Assembly (NCBI GenBank): GCA_963712115.1
Contig: CAVQGX010000031.1
Span: 192,001-256,000 of the forward strand
DNA from: an uncultured delta proteobacterium
GTDB taxonomy: Bacteria; Desulfobacterota; Syntrophobacteria; BM002
Length of the DNA stretch: 64,000 nucleotides
Reading direction: 5' to 3'
Part shown: positions 46,867 through 57,114 of the stretch, one piece after another
How positions within the stretch are numbered: position 1 is the first letter of the stretch
How the letters are laid out: each line of letters starts with the position of its first letter
Translations under genes and position numbers: made by a program
Notes under the pieces: model-generated
What the model saw: only the letters and a program-made list of their open reading frames with translations
Databases searched by the model: none
What the model was told of the DNA's origin: nothing

Positions 46867-47295
46867 TTAAACGATACAGGGGGGAAGATTGCGAATGTCG
46901 CTAAGTATTTGAAGTATTCCCTCCCTGCGGACAAAGTCATCATCGTAGAGTTTGGTCAAAGAGTAATCCTGGATAAGGCTAAGGTAGGGCTCAGCGAGAC
47001 CGACAAACCTGATGCCTGTTCCCTGCGAGAGGTTGGTTTGAGCTTTATGGGGGCGGCTCCAAACTGATTCACCTTGAACCTGAATTGAGTTCAGGGTTTC
47101 GGGCATCAGGAATTCCAAGTTCACCTTTACCTGTGCGCCAATAGGCTCTGCCGTGGTAATAAAAATCCCACCGGTGCTCATATTGACAGCTCTCCCCATA
47201 ACCATTGGGGAGCCCCTCAATTCACACCTAACGGCGAAATCCACTGGAATCCGAAGTCCTGCTCTCTTACTCCGTCCTATATCGCATAAATGCAT
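46867..47295 (-). CDS. PilZ-domain protein (C-terminus possibly frameshifted)
   Basis: KRAGLR (RxxxR), NMSTGG (NxSxxG), GESVWSR, GTGIRF. Confidence 0.8.
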   Translation of the reverse strand: MHLCDIGRSKRAGLRIPVDFAVRCELRGSPMVMGRAVNMSTGGIFITTAEPIGAQVKVNLEFLMPETLNSIQVQGESVWSRPHKAQTNLSQGTGIRFVGLAEPYLSLIQDYSLTKLYDDDFVRREGILQILSDIRNLPPCIV

Positions 47296-47343
47296 AGCTC
47301 ACGCGCCCCGATATTTTTAGACCACAAAGGCGAGTTAAACATT

Positions 47344-47359
47344 TGCAAGAGAAGTACCA
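47344..47359 (-). promoter_or_regulatory. Sigma54 promoter of the PilZ gene
   Basis: Minus strand TGGTACT-TCTC-TTGCA, about 50 nt upstream of the ATG, preceded by an AT-rich tract. Confidence 0.7.
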
Positions 47360-47446
47360 AGGAAGACAGCTAATTATTTAAATAAATAAACTTAACATAG
47401 TCAGTATGTTAAGATTTTTAACGAGATTTAGCCCTAAATAGATTTA

Positions 47447-47479
47447 GCCATCTAGCCAAAAGCTATTTGGCTAGATGGC
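47447..47479. promoter_or_regulatory. Perfect 14-bp inverted repeat, candidate enhancer-binding-protein site
   Basis: GCCATCTAGCCAAA-AGCTA-TTTGGCTAGATGGC, about 90-120 bp upstream of the sigma54 promoter. Confidence 0.45.
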
Positions 47480-47566
47480 CAACTTTTTTGCCTTAGGGCC
47501 AAATTCAGGAGGGAGCACACAATCCAGGCCTGTGGAGAATCCCGCCCTGCCCGGGGGAACATGGCA

Positions 47567-47673
47567 AAATATCAAATCTCAAGCACCAAACTACAAACAA
47601 ATCTCAAATTCCAATATCAAATGACCGAAACAGGTTTGGAATTTTGAATTTCGGTCATTGTGATTTGGTATTT
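47567..47673. repeat. 7-bp-period palindromic intergenic element
   Basis: AAATATCAAATCTCAAGCACC...GATTTGGTATTT, same family as 38998-39156. Confidence 0.7.
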
Positions 47674-47680
47674 CTATCTC

Positions 47681-49039
47681 TTAAAAAAGGACGTCAAGGA
47701 CACCTTGAACTGATTGGACTCCGATGATCTGAATGGACTTAATTGCTCTCAGCCGTTCTGCGTTGCTTTGCGGCAGTAAACAGCGGCGAAACCCTAGCTT
47801 TTCCGCCTCTTTAACCCTAATGTCCGTCCGGCTAACCGCCCTGACCTCGCCTGTGAGGCCAACCTCCCCCAAAAGAACGGTATGAGGATCCACAGGTTTA
47901 TCCAGGAAGCTAGAAGCTACCGCAGTGGCAATTGCCAGGTCCACAGCAGGTTCATCAATCCGGACACCCCCCACTGCATTGACAAATATGTCCTGATGTA
48001 GCATGGAAAGACCAACTTTCTTCTCCAAGACCGCCACCAGCAAGGCCAAGCGATTGTGATCTATACCCATTGATGTTCTTCGTGGCACTGCCAGGCTTGA
48101 TGGGCTCGTTAGTGCCTGCACCTCAACCAGGATGGGTCTGGTACCCTCCATTGCCGCCGTTACCGTAGATCCTGGCGTATCCAGGGGCCGTTCGGCCAGG
48201 AGAAGTTCTGAAGGATTGGCCACTTCCTGAAGGCCGCTGTCCTTCATCTCGAAGACTCCGATCTCGTTGGTGGAGCCATATCTATTTTTTGTGGCTCGGA
48301 GAATACGGAAGGCATGCCCGCGATCTCCCTCAAAGTAAAGCACCGTGTCCACCATGTGCTCCAAAACCTTGGGTCCTGCAATTGCACCCTCCTTGGTCAC
48401 ATGTCCGACGAGAAAGGTTGGGCGCCCTTTCCTTTTTCCTTCCTGTATGAGACGGTCAGCACAGTGCCTCACCTGACTAACACTGCCCGGGGCTGACTCC
48501 AGTTGGGTGGTGTAAACTGTTTGGATGGAATCTACTGCTAAAACAGCCGGGCTGAGCTCATCACTGAGACGCAATATATTTTCCAGAGCTGATTCGGCCG
48601 CCACATACAGATGTGACGAGGTCAACCCCAATCGCTGTGACCGCATTTTTATCTGCACATTGGACTCTTCCCCGGATACGTAGAGAATAGACCGCTCAGA
48701 TGCAGTAAGGCCATGGAGTGCCTGGAGCAATATCGTAGACTTACCTATGCCAGGGTCACCGCCTATCAAAACAGCCGAACCGGGCACCACTCCACCGCCT
48801 AGAACGCGGTCCAGTTCGGCTATCTTTGAGGAAATTCTTCGGCTTTCCTCCAATCCCACCCTATCGATAGGTTGCGGGATGGCCGGTGGCGGCAGGTCCT
48901 TAACCCCTGGAGTCAGAATGGTTTCCTCCACCAAGGTATTCCACTGCCCGCACCCAGGACATCGCCCTAACCACTTAGGGCTCTGGAAGCCACACTGTTG
49001 ACAAATATGCTGACTTTTTACCTTACTTTCGCGGGCCAT
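47681..49039 (-). CDS. radA: DNA repair protein RadA/Sms
   Basis: Zn finger CQQC...CPGC, GGDPGIGKST, YVSGEES, KNRYG, Lon-like C-terminus; start reset to ATG 49039. Confidence 0.96.
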   Translation of the reverse strand: MARESKVKSQHICQQCGFQSPKWLGRCPGCGQWNTLVEETILTPGVKDLPPPAIPQPIDRVGLEESRRISSKIAELDRVLGGGVVPGSAVLIGGDPGIGKSTILLQALHGLTASERSILYVSGEESNVQIKMRSQRLGLTSSHLYVAAESALENILRLSDELSPAVLAVDSIQTVYTTQLESAPGSVSQVRHCADRLIQEGKRKGRPTFLVGHVTKEGAIAGPKVLEHMVDTVLYFEGDRGHAFRILRATKNRYGSTNEIGVFEMKDSGLQEVANPSELLLAERPLDTPGSTVTAAMEGTRPILVEVQALTSPSSLAVPRRTSMGIDHNRLALLVAVLEKKVGLSMLHQDIFVNAVGGVRIDEPAVDLAIATAVASSFLDKPVDPHTVLLGEVGLTGEVRAVSRTDIRVKEAEKLGFRRCLLPQSNAERLRAIKSIQIIGVQSVQGVLDVLF

Positions 49040-49627
49040 ATGCTCACAGCCTATCAAAGAGTTTGCCCTCAAGTTTGGCCGGAACACTCTATGATGTCAA
49101 GGCATTGTTTAACGATGTTAGTTGTTCCGCCGAAGGCGGATCTGTCGTCCGTTGCAAAGCGCATAGAGCATAGCGGATTAATCAGCAGGCAGCGGCCAAC
49201 TGGCAGCCCCGCGACAAGCTCGGGACAGGCTGGCAGGAAGAAAATATCCAGTATACAGAATCATTGCTGCATGCCCTATGCCCTGCGCCAAGTTAACGTT
49301 GACAAACAATTATCTCTATGTTTAAATTCGAGACTTCAGTGGCCCGGAGCTTTGAAACCCGGGTTATGATTACTTATTTTTGCCCCATTTCTAAAGCACC
49401 AAGTTAACGGAATAGATGGATACACCCTTCGGCTGATAAACAACATGCTAGCTGCGAGGGTAGATATATCCGGTATTGGCTGAATAGCTAATAGCTTACC
49501 GTCGCAACCAGCACAGGATGAGGGGAAATCACCATAACCTGGGCTTTTCAGAATAAGCGGAGGCGACCATCGCAAGGTAATCGGCCCTGAAAAAGGCCAA
49601 TCCCCATTTCAACCAGGAAGGAGTCCG

Positions 49628-49960
49628 ATGATGGCGGAAAAAAACATCATTGAAGTTAGTGACGATACTTTTGAAAAAGAAGTACTGCAGTCAGACACGC
49701 CCGTTCTAGTTGATTTCTGGGCCCCGTGGTGCGGGCCTTGTCGAGCCATCGCTCCTGTAGTTGCTGAACTAGCAACTGAGTATGAAGGTAGCCTGAAAGT
49801 GAGCAAATGTAATGTGGATGAAAGCCCGAAGACTCCATCCCAGTATGGCATTAGGGCCATTCCTACCTTGATCATCTTTAAAGAAGGGAAGGTTTCCGAG
49901 CAGATAACTGGAGCGGTTTCCAAGTCTCAAATCGATGCCGCCATCAAGAAGGTCATCTAG
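49628..49960 (+). CDS. trxA: Thioredoxin
   Basis: VDFWAPWCGPC, YGIRAIPTL. Confidence 0.97.
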   Translation: MMAEKNIIEVSDDTFEKEVLQSDTPVLVDFWAPWCGPCRAIAPVVAELATEYEGSLKVSKCNVDESPKTPSQYGIRAIPTLIIFKEGKVSEQITGAVSKSQIDAAIKKVI

Positions 49961-50106
49961 CCGGTCGCAGACCGTTCTACCATGATCGGTCTCAGTCAGG
50001 TTGGAACTTGTCCCAGTAGAGAACAGTCAAGTTTAATTGATCACAATGAGGCCGAGTCCCGAGCAGAATATTATCGGGATAAGGCCTTTTCCGTTGAAAT
50101 AGGAAC

Positions 50107-50847
50107 GTGGATCAAATAACACGCCAAACTCAATTCGCAAGGGGGAACCGGAAACCTGCCTTAATTGCCTTTGCCCTTATTTTTCTATGGCTGGCAGTGG
50201 GGGCCGCTGGGTGTGCCTGTCTCACGGGCAGTAAGCAGGTTGAGAGCGCCGAAGAACTGGCTGAAAAGGGAATGGAATCTTTTGAGGAGGAGGACTATAG
50301 CGATGCCCTGAAAGCCTTCAATACCCTGAAAGAGCGTTACCCCTACAGCCGGTACGCGATTCTCGCCGAACTCAAGGTTGCTGACGCCCATTTTTATCGT
50401 GAGGAGTTCCCCGAAGCCATAGGTGCCTATGAAGACTTCGTTCAGCTGCATCCCAAAAACGAGGCTATTCCTTACGTAAAGTATCAGATCGGCGTCTGTT
50501 ATTATGAACAAATGTTAAGCATAGATCGAGACCAAACGCCGACTCGGCTGGCCATCCTCTCTTTTGAAAGGCTCCTAAAAGAGCATTACGATTCAGCTTA
50601 CGCTAGCGAGGCAACAAAAAGAATTAATTATTGCCGCAAGCTCTTGGCAGAGCACGAGTTATATGTTGGACGTTTCTACTATAAGTCCGAACACTATAGC
50701 GCGGCACTGGGTCGCTTCGAAGGTGTTCTGACGGGCTACATGGATGTATTACCCCCCAACACTCAGAGAGAAGTAGAGAGACTGATAATATCCTGCAAGG
50801 CAAAACTCTCGGATCGTATTGGAGACGAGGCTGATGACAATAACTGA
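50107..50847 (+). CDS. bamD: Outer-membrane protein assembly factor BamD
   Basis: Lipoprotein-like signal; TPR helices YPYSRYA...AELKVADAHF, DRDQTPT, LAEHELYVGRFY. Confidence 0.88.
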   Translation: MDQITRQTQFARGNRKPALIAFALIFLWLAVGAAGCACLTGSKQVESAEELAEKGMESFEEEDYSDALKAFNTLKERYPYSRYAILAELKVADAHFYREEFPEAIGAYEDFVQLHPKNEAIPYVKYQIGVCYYEQMLSIDRDQTPTRLAILSFERLLKEHYDSAYASEATKRINYCRKLLAEHELYVGRFYYKSEHYSAALGRFEGVLTGYMDVLPPNTQREVERLIISCKAKLSDRIGDEADDNN

Positions 50848-50915
50848 TTTATTAGTTTCTTGCTTCTTTCCCACCGAGGAGGGGTATAGACCGATCACCA
50901 TGAGACAAAAAAGAC

Positions 50916-50943
50916 TTGACACTGTATGGGCTGTGCTTTAAAT
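50916..50943 (+). promoter_or_regulatory. Putative sigma70 promoter ahead of a long rho leader
   Basis: TTGACA followed at a suitable spacing by TTTAAAT. Confidence 0.4.
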
Positions 50944-51415
50944 TGATATTACATTGAATTAAATTGAGCGGTTTGCAAAACTTCCTGCCTGAGGAGTTTT
51001 CCTAAACTAATTAATTCGAATCCCGGCCATTGAGCCGCCAGTAGAACTCCCAAAGAGGTCTTTGATTCTGAGCAACTAATTGTCTAGCGGAAATAATTTT
51101 CCGAATGACAGGTGTTGCAGCTTCTTAGTGCTGGCACTGTGTCAGTGGATTTTAATGAAAGCAAAAACGAGGAAGAATAAATAACTTTTGATGACGGCGC
51201 CACTTTAAATTGTTTCCCACTCTTTTGAGCCTTTCATTCAAAACCTTGCCGAACAGATCCCTGCTGAGTTCAACTTGCGCCGCGGTGAAACTAGGGATTG
51301 TTCACTTTGATCTACTAATAAGTAGAATCGACGAACGGCGAAGCAAATTAAAAGATAACTCTCTGATCATCTGAGGAAAGGAGGAATGCCCTTCTAAGCA
51401 GATGGGCAAAAAGGT

Positions 51416-52663
51416 ATGGATCTCGTACAACTAAAAGAACAGAACATTAAAGGATTGATACAGCTGGCCAAGGAATTAGGCATTGAGGGTTTCAGCAGTA
51501 TGCGCAAGCAGGAGCTGATCTTCGCCTTGCTCCAAGCACAAGCTGAACAGAACGGTCTGATATACGGTGAAGGAGTCTTGGAAACCCTACCGGACGGATT
51601 CGGCTTTCTAAGAGCGCAGAGCTATAATTACCTTCCTGGCCCTGACGATATCTATGTCTCGCCCTCACAGATAAGAAGGTTCGGCTTGCGAACAGGGGAT
51701 ACTGTCTCAGGACAGATCCGCCCACCAAAGGAAGGTGAGCGCTATTTTGCCCTTCTTAAAGTTGAAGCGGTGAATTATGAGGACCCGGAAGATACAAGGG
51801 ATAAGATTCTCTTTGACAATCTTGTTCCCCTTTATCCCGATGAGAGAGCGGTTCTTGAAACCGATCCGGACAACTATTCCACTCGAGTCATGGACATGCT
51901 CACTCCACTCGGCAAAGGTCAAAGAGGGCTCATAGTGGCTTCGCCTCGAACTGGAAAGACCATGTTGCTCCAGGCTATTGCTAATGCCATTACTAATAAT
52001 CACAAGAGCATATACATGATTGTCCTGCTCATCGATGAACGACCGGAGGAGGTCACCGATATGGAGCGGTCGGTGAAAGCGGAAGTGGTGAGTTCGACTT
52101 TCGACGAACCGGCCCAACGTCACGTCCAGGTCGCTGAGATGGTGATCGAGAAGGCCAAACGTCTTGTAGAGCACAAGCGAGATGTAGTCATACTCTTGGA
52201 TAGCATCACCCGCTTGGCGCGCGCCTACAATACGGTGGTGCCCCCCAGCGGCAAGATTCTCTCTGGCGGGGTTGATTCCAACGCTCTGCATAGACCCAAA
52301 AGGTTTTTCGGTGCAGCCCGGAACATAGAGGGTGGAGGAAGTCTCACCATTATCGCCACCGCACTTATAGACACCGGTAGCCGGATGGATGAAGTTATCT
52401 TTGAAGAGTTCAAAGGTACAGGTAATATGGAAATTCACCTAGATCGGAAACTGGCCGATCGAAGGATATTCCCATCCATTGATATCAACCGCTCAGGCAC
52501 ACGCAAAGAAGAACTTTTGCTGCCGCCCGACGATTTGAACCGCGTATGGATCCTCCGTAAGCTTCTCTCTCCCCTAAACACAGTAGATGCTATGGAATTC
52601 TTGCTGGACAAACTGTCGGGTACGAAAAACAACGCTGATTTTTTGGACTCCATGAATCAATAG
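51416..52663 (+). CDS. rho: Transcription termination factor Rho
   Basis: [52 protein letters not shown]. Confidence 0.98.
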   Translation: MDLVQLKEQNIKGLIQLAKELGIEGFSSMRKQELIFALLQAQAEQNGLIYGEGVLETLPDGFGFLRAQSYNYLPGPDDIYVSPSQIRRFGLRTGDTVSGQIRPPKEGERYFALLKVEAVNYEDPEDTRDKILFDNLVPLYPDERAVLETDPDNYSTRVMDMLTPLGKGQRGLIVASPRTGKTMLLQAIANAITNNHKSIYMIVLLIDERPEEVTDMERSVKAEVVSSTFDEPAQRHVQVAEMVIEKAKRLVEHKRDVVILLDSITRLARAYNTVVPPSGKILSGGVDSNALHRPKRFFGAARNIEGGGSLTIIATALIDTGSRMDEVIFEEFKGTGNMEIHLDRKLADRRIFPSIDINRSGTRKEELLLPPDDLNRVWILRKLLSPLNTVDAMEFLLDKLSGTKNNADFLDSMNQ

Positions 52664-52745
52664 AGCAGATGGCTATCCTTCCATCCACCCAAATCCACCG
52701 CCTAATTTAGTTATCAGGACTGAAATCAACGGCTTATGGAGTATT

Positions 52746-52934
52746 CCCTGATCACCAGCAAGGTATTAGGTGCAAGGCGCCGAGGAGCAACGACTGAGGC
52801 GTATGGAGTAATACGCCGCAAGCATGCCCCCGCGCAGGCGGGGGGAGAAGTGATCGAAGGCAACGCCGCCCTTCGACTTTGCTCAGGGCCGTGAGCCTGT
52901 CGAACGGCAGATGATGCCTTGCTGGTGATCAGGG
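52746..52934. mobile_element. MITE-like element with perfect 18-bp terminal inverted repeats
   Basis: CCCTGATCACCAGCAAGG (52746-52763) and CCTTGCTGGTGATCAGGG (52917-52934); internal GGCGTAT...ATACGCC hairpin. Confidence 0.65.
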
Positions 52935-53080
52935 TCCAAAAGAATTCTTGCCAAATAGCTCCTATGATACTATTATAGAAAGGTTTATGACTTGATTACC
53001 TCCTTGAAGGGTATCGGTCTGCCTACTTTTCTGCAATGGCAATGAAAATCCATAGATGGGATTGAGAGGAAAGGAAAGTT

Positions 53081-53338
53081 ATGAAAAAGGACATCCACCC
53101 TGAATATCAACCGACTACAATTCGCTGTCACTGTGGCAGCGAGTTTGAGGCTGGCTCAACCAAAGAAGGTATTAGCGTCGAGATCTGCTCCCAGTGTCAC
53201 CCTTTCTACACGGGTAAACAGAAGCTAGTAGATTCGGCAGGCCGGATTGAACGCTTCCGGAGAAAATACGGTGATTACCTGGATCAGAACAAGAAAAAGG
53301 AAAAGGGAGAGGAAAAGCAAGAGGAGGCTGCGGAGTAA
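53081..53338 (+). CDS. rpmE: 50S ribosomal protein L31 (zinc-binding type)
   Basis: MKKDIHPEY, CxC...[13 protein letters not shown]. Confidence 0.97.
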   Translation: MKKDIHPEYQPTTIRCHCGSEFEAGSTKEGISVEICSQCHPFYTGKQKLVDSAGRIERFRRKYGDYLDQNKKKEKGEEKQEEAAE

Positions 53339-53361
53339 TCTCCTCGGCCCGGTGAATCAAG

Positions 53362-54432
53362 ATGTTCGACAAGTTGGAGAGCATAGAGGCCCGTTATCTT
53401 GAGTTGGAGAAGGCCCTCAGTGATCCGGCAACAATTGCCAATCATAGGGAATACCAAAAGCTTGCCAAAGAGCATGCTGATTTGACACCTTTCGTGCAGA
53501 CCTGGAGAAAACACAAGAAACTCAGTGCCCGACTTGAGGACAACCACGAACTTCTCGATGATTCAGACCCGGAAATGAGACAACTGGCGAGAGAAGACAG
53601 CAGTGAGTTGCAAGGTCAACTTGATGAATTAGAAGATGAACTCAAGGAACTCCTCACTCCCAAAGATCCCAACGACGAAAAAAACGTGATCCTTGAGATT
53701 CGGGCCGGTACTGGCGGTGATGAGGCAGCCCTTTTTGCTGCGGATCTTTTCAGAATGTACACTCGCCATGCTGAACTCATGAATTGGAAGGCGGACGTGC
53801 TAAGTAGCCATGCCACGGGCATCGGCGGATTCAAGGAAGTTATTTTCTCTATTTCGGGTCACCGCGCCTACAGCCGTCTGAAATATGAAAGCGGGGTGCA
53901 TCGGGTACAGCGCGTTCCCACCACCGAGGCGCAGGGCCGCATTCATACTTCCGCCGTAACGGTAGCTGTGCTGCCTGAAGCTGAAGAGGTGGAAGTTGAT
54001 ATTGAGCCCAGCGACCTTCGCATAGACGTCTTTCGCTCTTCTGGCCCCGGCGGCCAGAGTGTCAACACCACTGACTCGGCTGTCCGCATAACCCATTTGC
54101 CAACCGGACTTGTAGTTACCTGCCAGGACGAAAAATCTCAGCACAAGAACAAAGCCAAGGCACTAAAGGTGCTGCGCGCCAGACTTCTGGACGCAATGCA
54201 GGAAGAGCAAAGGGAGAAAACCGCTGAAGACCGAAAGAGCCAAGTGGGTAGCGGCGACCGCAGTGAACGTATACGCACCTACAATTTTCCCCAAAATCGA
54301 GTGACTGATCACCGAATCAACCTTACCCTTTATAAATTAGAGGAAATTCTCCAAGGGCATATCAACTCCATCATCGATTCACTTACTACCCACTTTAAAG
54401 CCGCGTCAATCATGCAGTCAAACCATGCCTGA
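53362..54432 (+). CDS. prfA: Peptide chain release factor 1
   Basis: [12 protein letters not shown] (PxT) and [15 protein letters not shown] (GGQ). Confidence 0.98.
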   Translation: MFDKLESIEARYLELEKALSDPATIANHREYQKLAKEHADLTPFVQTWRKHKKLSARLEDNHELLDDSDPEMRQLAREDSSELQGQLDELEDELKELLTPKDPNDEKNVILEIRAGTGGDEAALFAADLFRMYTRHAELMNWKADVLSSHATGIGGFKEVIFSISGHRAYSRLKYESGVHRVQRVPTTEAQGRIHTSAVTVAVLPEAEEVEVDIEPSDLRIDVFRSSGPGGQSVNTTDSAVRITHLPTGLVVTCQDEKSQHKNKAKALKVLRARLLDAMQEEQREKTAEDRKSQVGSGDRSERIRTYNFPQNRVTDHRINLTLYKLEEILQGHINSIIDSLTTHFKAASIMQSNHA

Positions 54433-55300
54433 AGAGCCCTGGACCATCCTGAAACTTCTGCATTGGACCACCGATTATTTCAAAAAAAGCAAGGTGGCGG
54501 AACCTCGCGCTTCTGCTGAAGTGCTTTTGGCTCATTTGCTCTCCGAGGACCGTCTCTTTCTCTATCTGAACTATGACCGACCAATGGAAGCCGAGGAACT
54601 GGCCGCATTTCGGGCCTTTGTCAGGCGTCGTCTAGCAGGTGAACCCAACCAATATATCACTGGAATGCAGGAATTCTGGTCACTTCCTTTTCGAGTAAGC
54701 CCGGATGTTCTAATTCCCAGGCCAGAAACCGAAGTCTTGCTGGAAACTGTGCTGGAGTTTCTCGGTTCTCCTGGCCCTGAGGTTAGAGTCCTGGACTTGG
54801 GGACCGGATCGGGAGCAATTGCTGTTGCTTTGGCTCGGGAATTGGGTGTGATCAACATAGTGGCGACGGACTCGTCAATGGCTGCCCTTAAGCTGGCTCA
54901 GGAGAATGCCCTGTTGAATCAGACAGATGATCGCAAAATCCATTTTGTCTGCGCTGACATGTTCACTGCGTTTTCCAGTGCTTCAGCGAAATTTACCGTG
55001 GTTGCAACAAATCCCCCCTATGTAAGCCACGCTGAATTCTCTAAACTTTCGCCGGAGATCCGTGATTATGAACCTCGCTACGCTTTGGACGGAGGCCCGG
55101 ACGGACTGGCCGCTATTAGACGCATCATTAAGCAGGCCCCCACCGTTTTGTCCCAGAAAGGTGCTCTTATCATGGAAATTGGGGCTGATCAGGCTGAGAG
55201 TGTCTCCGCACTAGTAAGAGATAGTCAGCACTATGAAAGATATCGGATTATCAGGGATTACAGCGGTTTAGATCGAGTTCTACTGGCGGTAAAGCAGTAA
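54425..55300 (+). CDS. prmC: Release factor glutamine methyltransferase
   Basis: [19 protein letters not shown]; follows prfA. Confidence 0.96.
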   Translation: MPEEPWTILKLLHWTTDYFKKSKVAEPRASAEVLLAHLLSEDRLFLYLNYDRPMEAEELAAFRAFVRRRLAGEPNQYITGMQEFWSLPFRVSPDVLIPRPETEVLLETVLEFLGSPGPEVRVLDLGTGSGAIAVALARELGVINIVATDSSMAALKLAQENALLNQTDDRKIHFVCADMFTAFSSASAKFTVVATNPPYVSHAEFSKLSPEIRDYEPRYALDGGPDGLAAIRRIIKQAPTVLSQKGALIMEIGADQAESVSALVRDSQHYERYRIIRDYSGLDRVLLAVKQ

Positions 55301-55470
55301 AATCCGAATTTCTAAATCCTAAGCACGAAACAAATCCAAAATCCAAATTTTCAAATGTTCCAAACAAAATTGACTAGCTAGGTTGTATTAGGTTTTGGTA
55401 ATTTGGATTTGGTGAATTAGAATTTGTTTAGTCCGCCTCCGGCGGATCGATATTCGGATTTCGGATTTTT
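55300..55470. repeat. 7-bp-period long palindrome containing a nested CCGCCTCCGGCGG hairpin
   Basis: Same family as 38998-39156. Confidence 0.75.
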
Positions 55471-55540
55471 TGAAATTGCCTTCCGAATCCTAGAAAAGGA
55501 ACTGATGGTTGGGTATTACCCCCTGCAAATAAGGTGAAAG

Positions 55541-56791
55541 ATGGATAAGATAGTCATTGAAGGTGGTCGTCCTTTGAATGGCACCGTGGAAATTAGCGGG
55601 GCAAAAAATGCGGCACTTCCCATATTAGCAGCCACCCTACTTGCCGGCGGTGTTCATCGGTTGCACAATATTCCGCATTTGAGAGACATTCGTACCGCCA
55701 AGACTCTCCTTTACCACCTTGGTGCCACCTTTGAAGAAGGTGATCCGCTCTGTGTTCACACCGACACTGTGGACGGCCATGAAGCCCCTTACGATCTGGT
55801 GAAAACAATGCGTGCCTCGGTGCTTGTACTGGGCCCACTGGTAGCGCGCTTCAAAAGAGCCCGGGTGTCACTACCGGGAGGCTGCGCCATCGGAGCTCGG
55901 CCTATCAACTTTCACCTGGGCGGCTTGGAGCGGTTAGGGGTAAATATTGAGCTAAAGCACGGCTACGTGGAAGCCTCTGCCAAACGGTTGTCAGGCAATC
56001 ACATCTACTTCGATATCCCGACCGTTACGGGCACGGCGAACTTGATGATGGCCGCAGTCCTTGCTGAAGGCCAGACGGTTATAGAGAACGCTGCCCGGGA
56101 ACCAGAGGTGGTTGAGTTGGCCCGCTGTTTAACTAACATGGGTGGTTCCATTAAAGGCGTTGGCACTTCAGTAATTACCATTGAAGGGGTGTCCGAATTA
56201 CAGCCCATGGATCACGTCATCATGCCTGATCGGATCGAGGCCGCAACGTATTTGACTGCAGCAGGTATTACTCGTGGAAACATCACTATTACACCTTGTA
56301 TTCCGGAACATCTGGAAGCGGTTATTCACAAGCTGGAACAGGCTGGCATGAAATTCGAGATCAGTGAGGATTCGATCAAGTCCTTTGGCGGTGAGGTGAT
56401 CCGAAGTATAGACATCAAGACAAACCCTTACCCTGGGTTTCCCACGGACATGCAAGCCCAGATTATGGCCATGATGTGTCTGGCTGATGGTCAAAGCATA
56501 ATTACCGAAAAAATATTTGAAAACCGTTTCATGCATGTAAGTGAGTTGAAGCGCATGGGTGCCGACATCAGCATAGAAGGCAACACGGCCATTGTGCGCG
56601 GTCGGCCAAAACTGCAGGGTGCTCCAGTGATGGCCACGGATTTGAGGGCCAGTGCATCTCTGGTGCTGGCCGGATTGGCTGCCGAAGGTGTTACCGAGAT
56701 ATCCCGAGTATACCACTTAGACCGAGGCTACACGCGCCTCGAAGAAAAACTGAGCGGCGTAGGGGCAAGGATAGAGCGAGTGAAGGAGTAA
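55541..56791 (+). CDS. murA: UDP-N-acetylglucosamine 1-carboxyvinyltransferase
   Basis: [44 protein letters not shown]. Confidence 0.98.
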   Translation: MDKIVIEGGRPLNGTVEISGAKNAALPILAATLLAGGVHRLHNIPHLRDIRTAKTLLYHLGATFEEGDPLCVHTDTVDGHEAPYDLVKTMRASVLVLGPLVARFKRARVSLPGGCAIGARPINFHLGGLERLGVNIELKHGYVEASAKRLSGNHIYFDIPTVTGTANLMMAAVLAEGQTVIENAAREPEVVELARCLTNMGGSIKGVGTSVITIEGVSELQPMDHVIMPDRIEAATYLTAAGITRGNITITPCIPEHLEAVIHKLEQAGMKFEISEDSIKSFGGEVIRSIDIKTNPYPGFPTDMQAQIMAMMCLADGQSIITEKIFENRFMHVSELKRMGADISIEGNTAIVRGRPKLQGAPVMATDLRASASLVLAGLAAEGVTEISRVYHLDRGYTRLEEKLSGVGARIERVKE

Positions 56792-56821
56792 GTGGAAAAA
56801 CTTGGCACTAGGCACCCACAA

Positions 56822-57017
56822 GTCATTACACTTCGCGCCTGTGCGCTTCGTTGTCATTTGGGCTGGTGCCCGTCATTAGGCCTTGCGGCCGTCATTAGGT
56901 TGTTACAACAATTGACTATAAATGACAGCGTGGCGTATTGACCTAATGACCATAAATGACGCCGAAGGCATAATGACAGCGAAGCGTAGTGACGGCCATA
57001 TCTCGTGGCCAAATGAC
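56822..57017 (-). repeat. GTCATT...AATGAC modular repeat, copy 3 of 3 (inverted)
   Basis: Reverse complement aligns with 46498-46735. Confidence 0.8.
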
Positions 57018-57114
57018 TATGAGCTGAAGCAGCAGATAGTTAAAGCGTTAGGCTGCTTGCTGTAATTATTCATAGAGGGGCATCGACAAACATCATCCAA
57101 AAGGCGCACGCACC

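Noticed and set aside
51707-52438. 243-aa minus-strand ORF
   Set aside because: Fully antisense to the highly conserved rho gene; a shadow ORF with no domain features.
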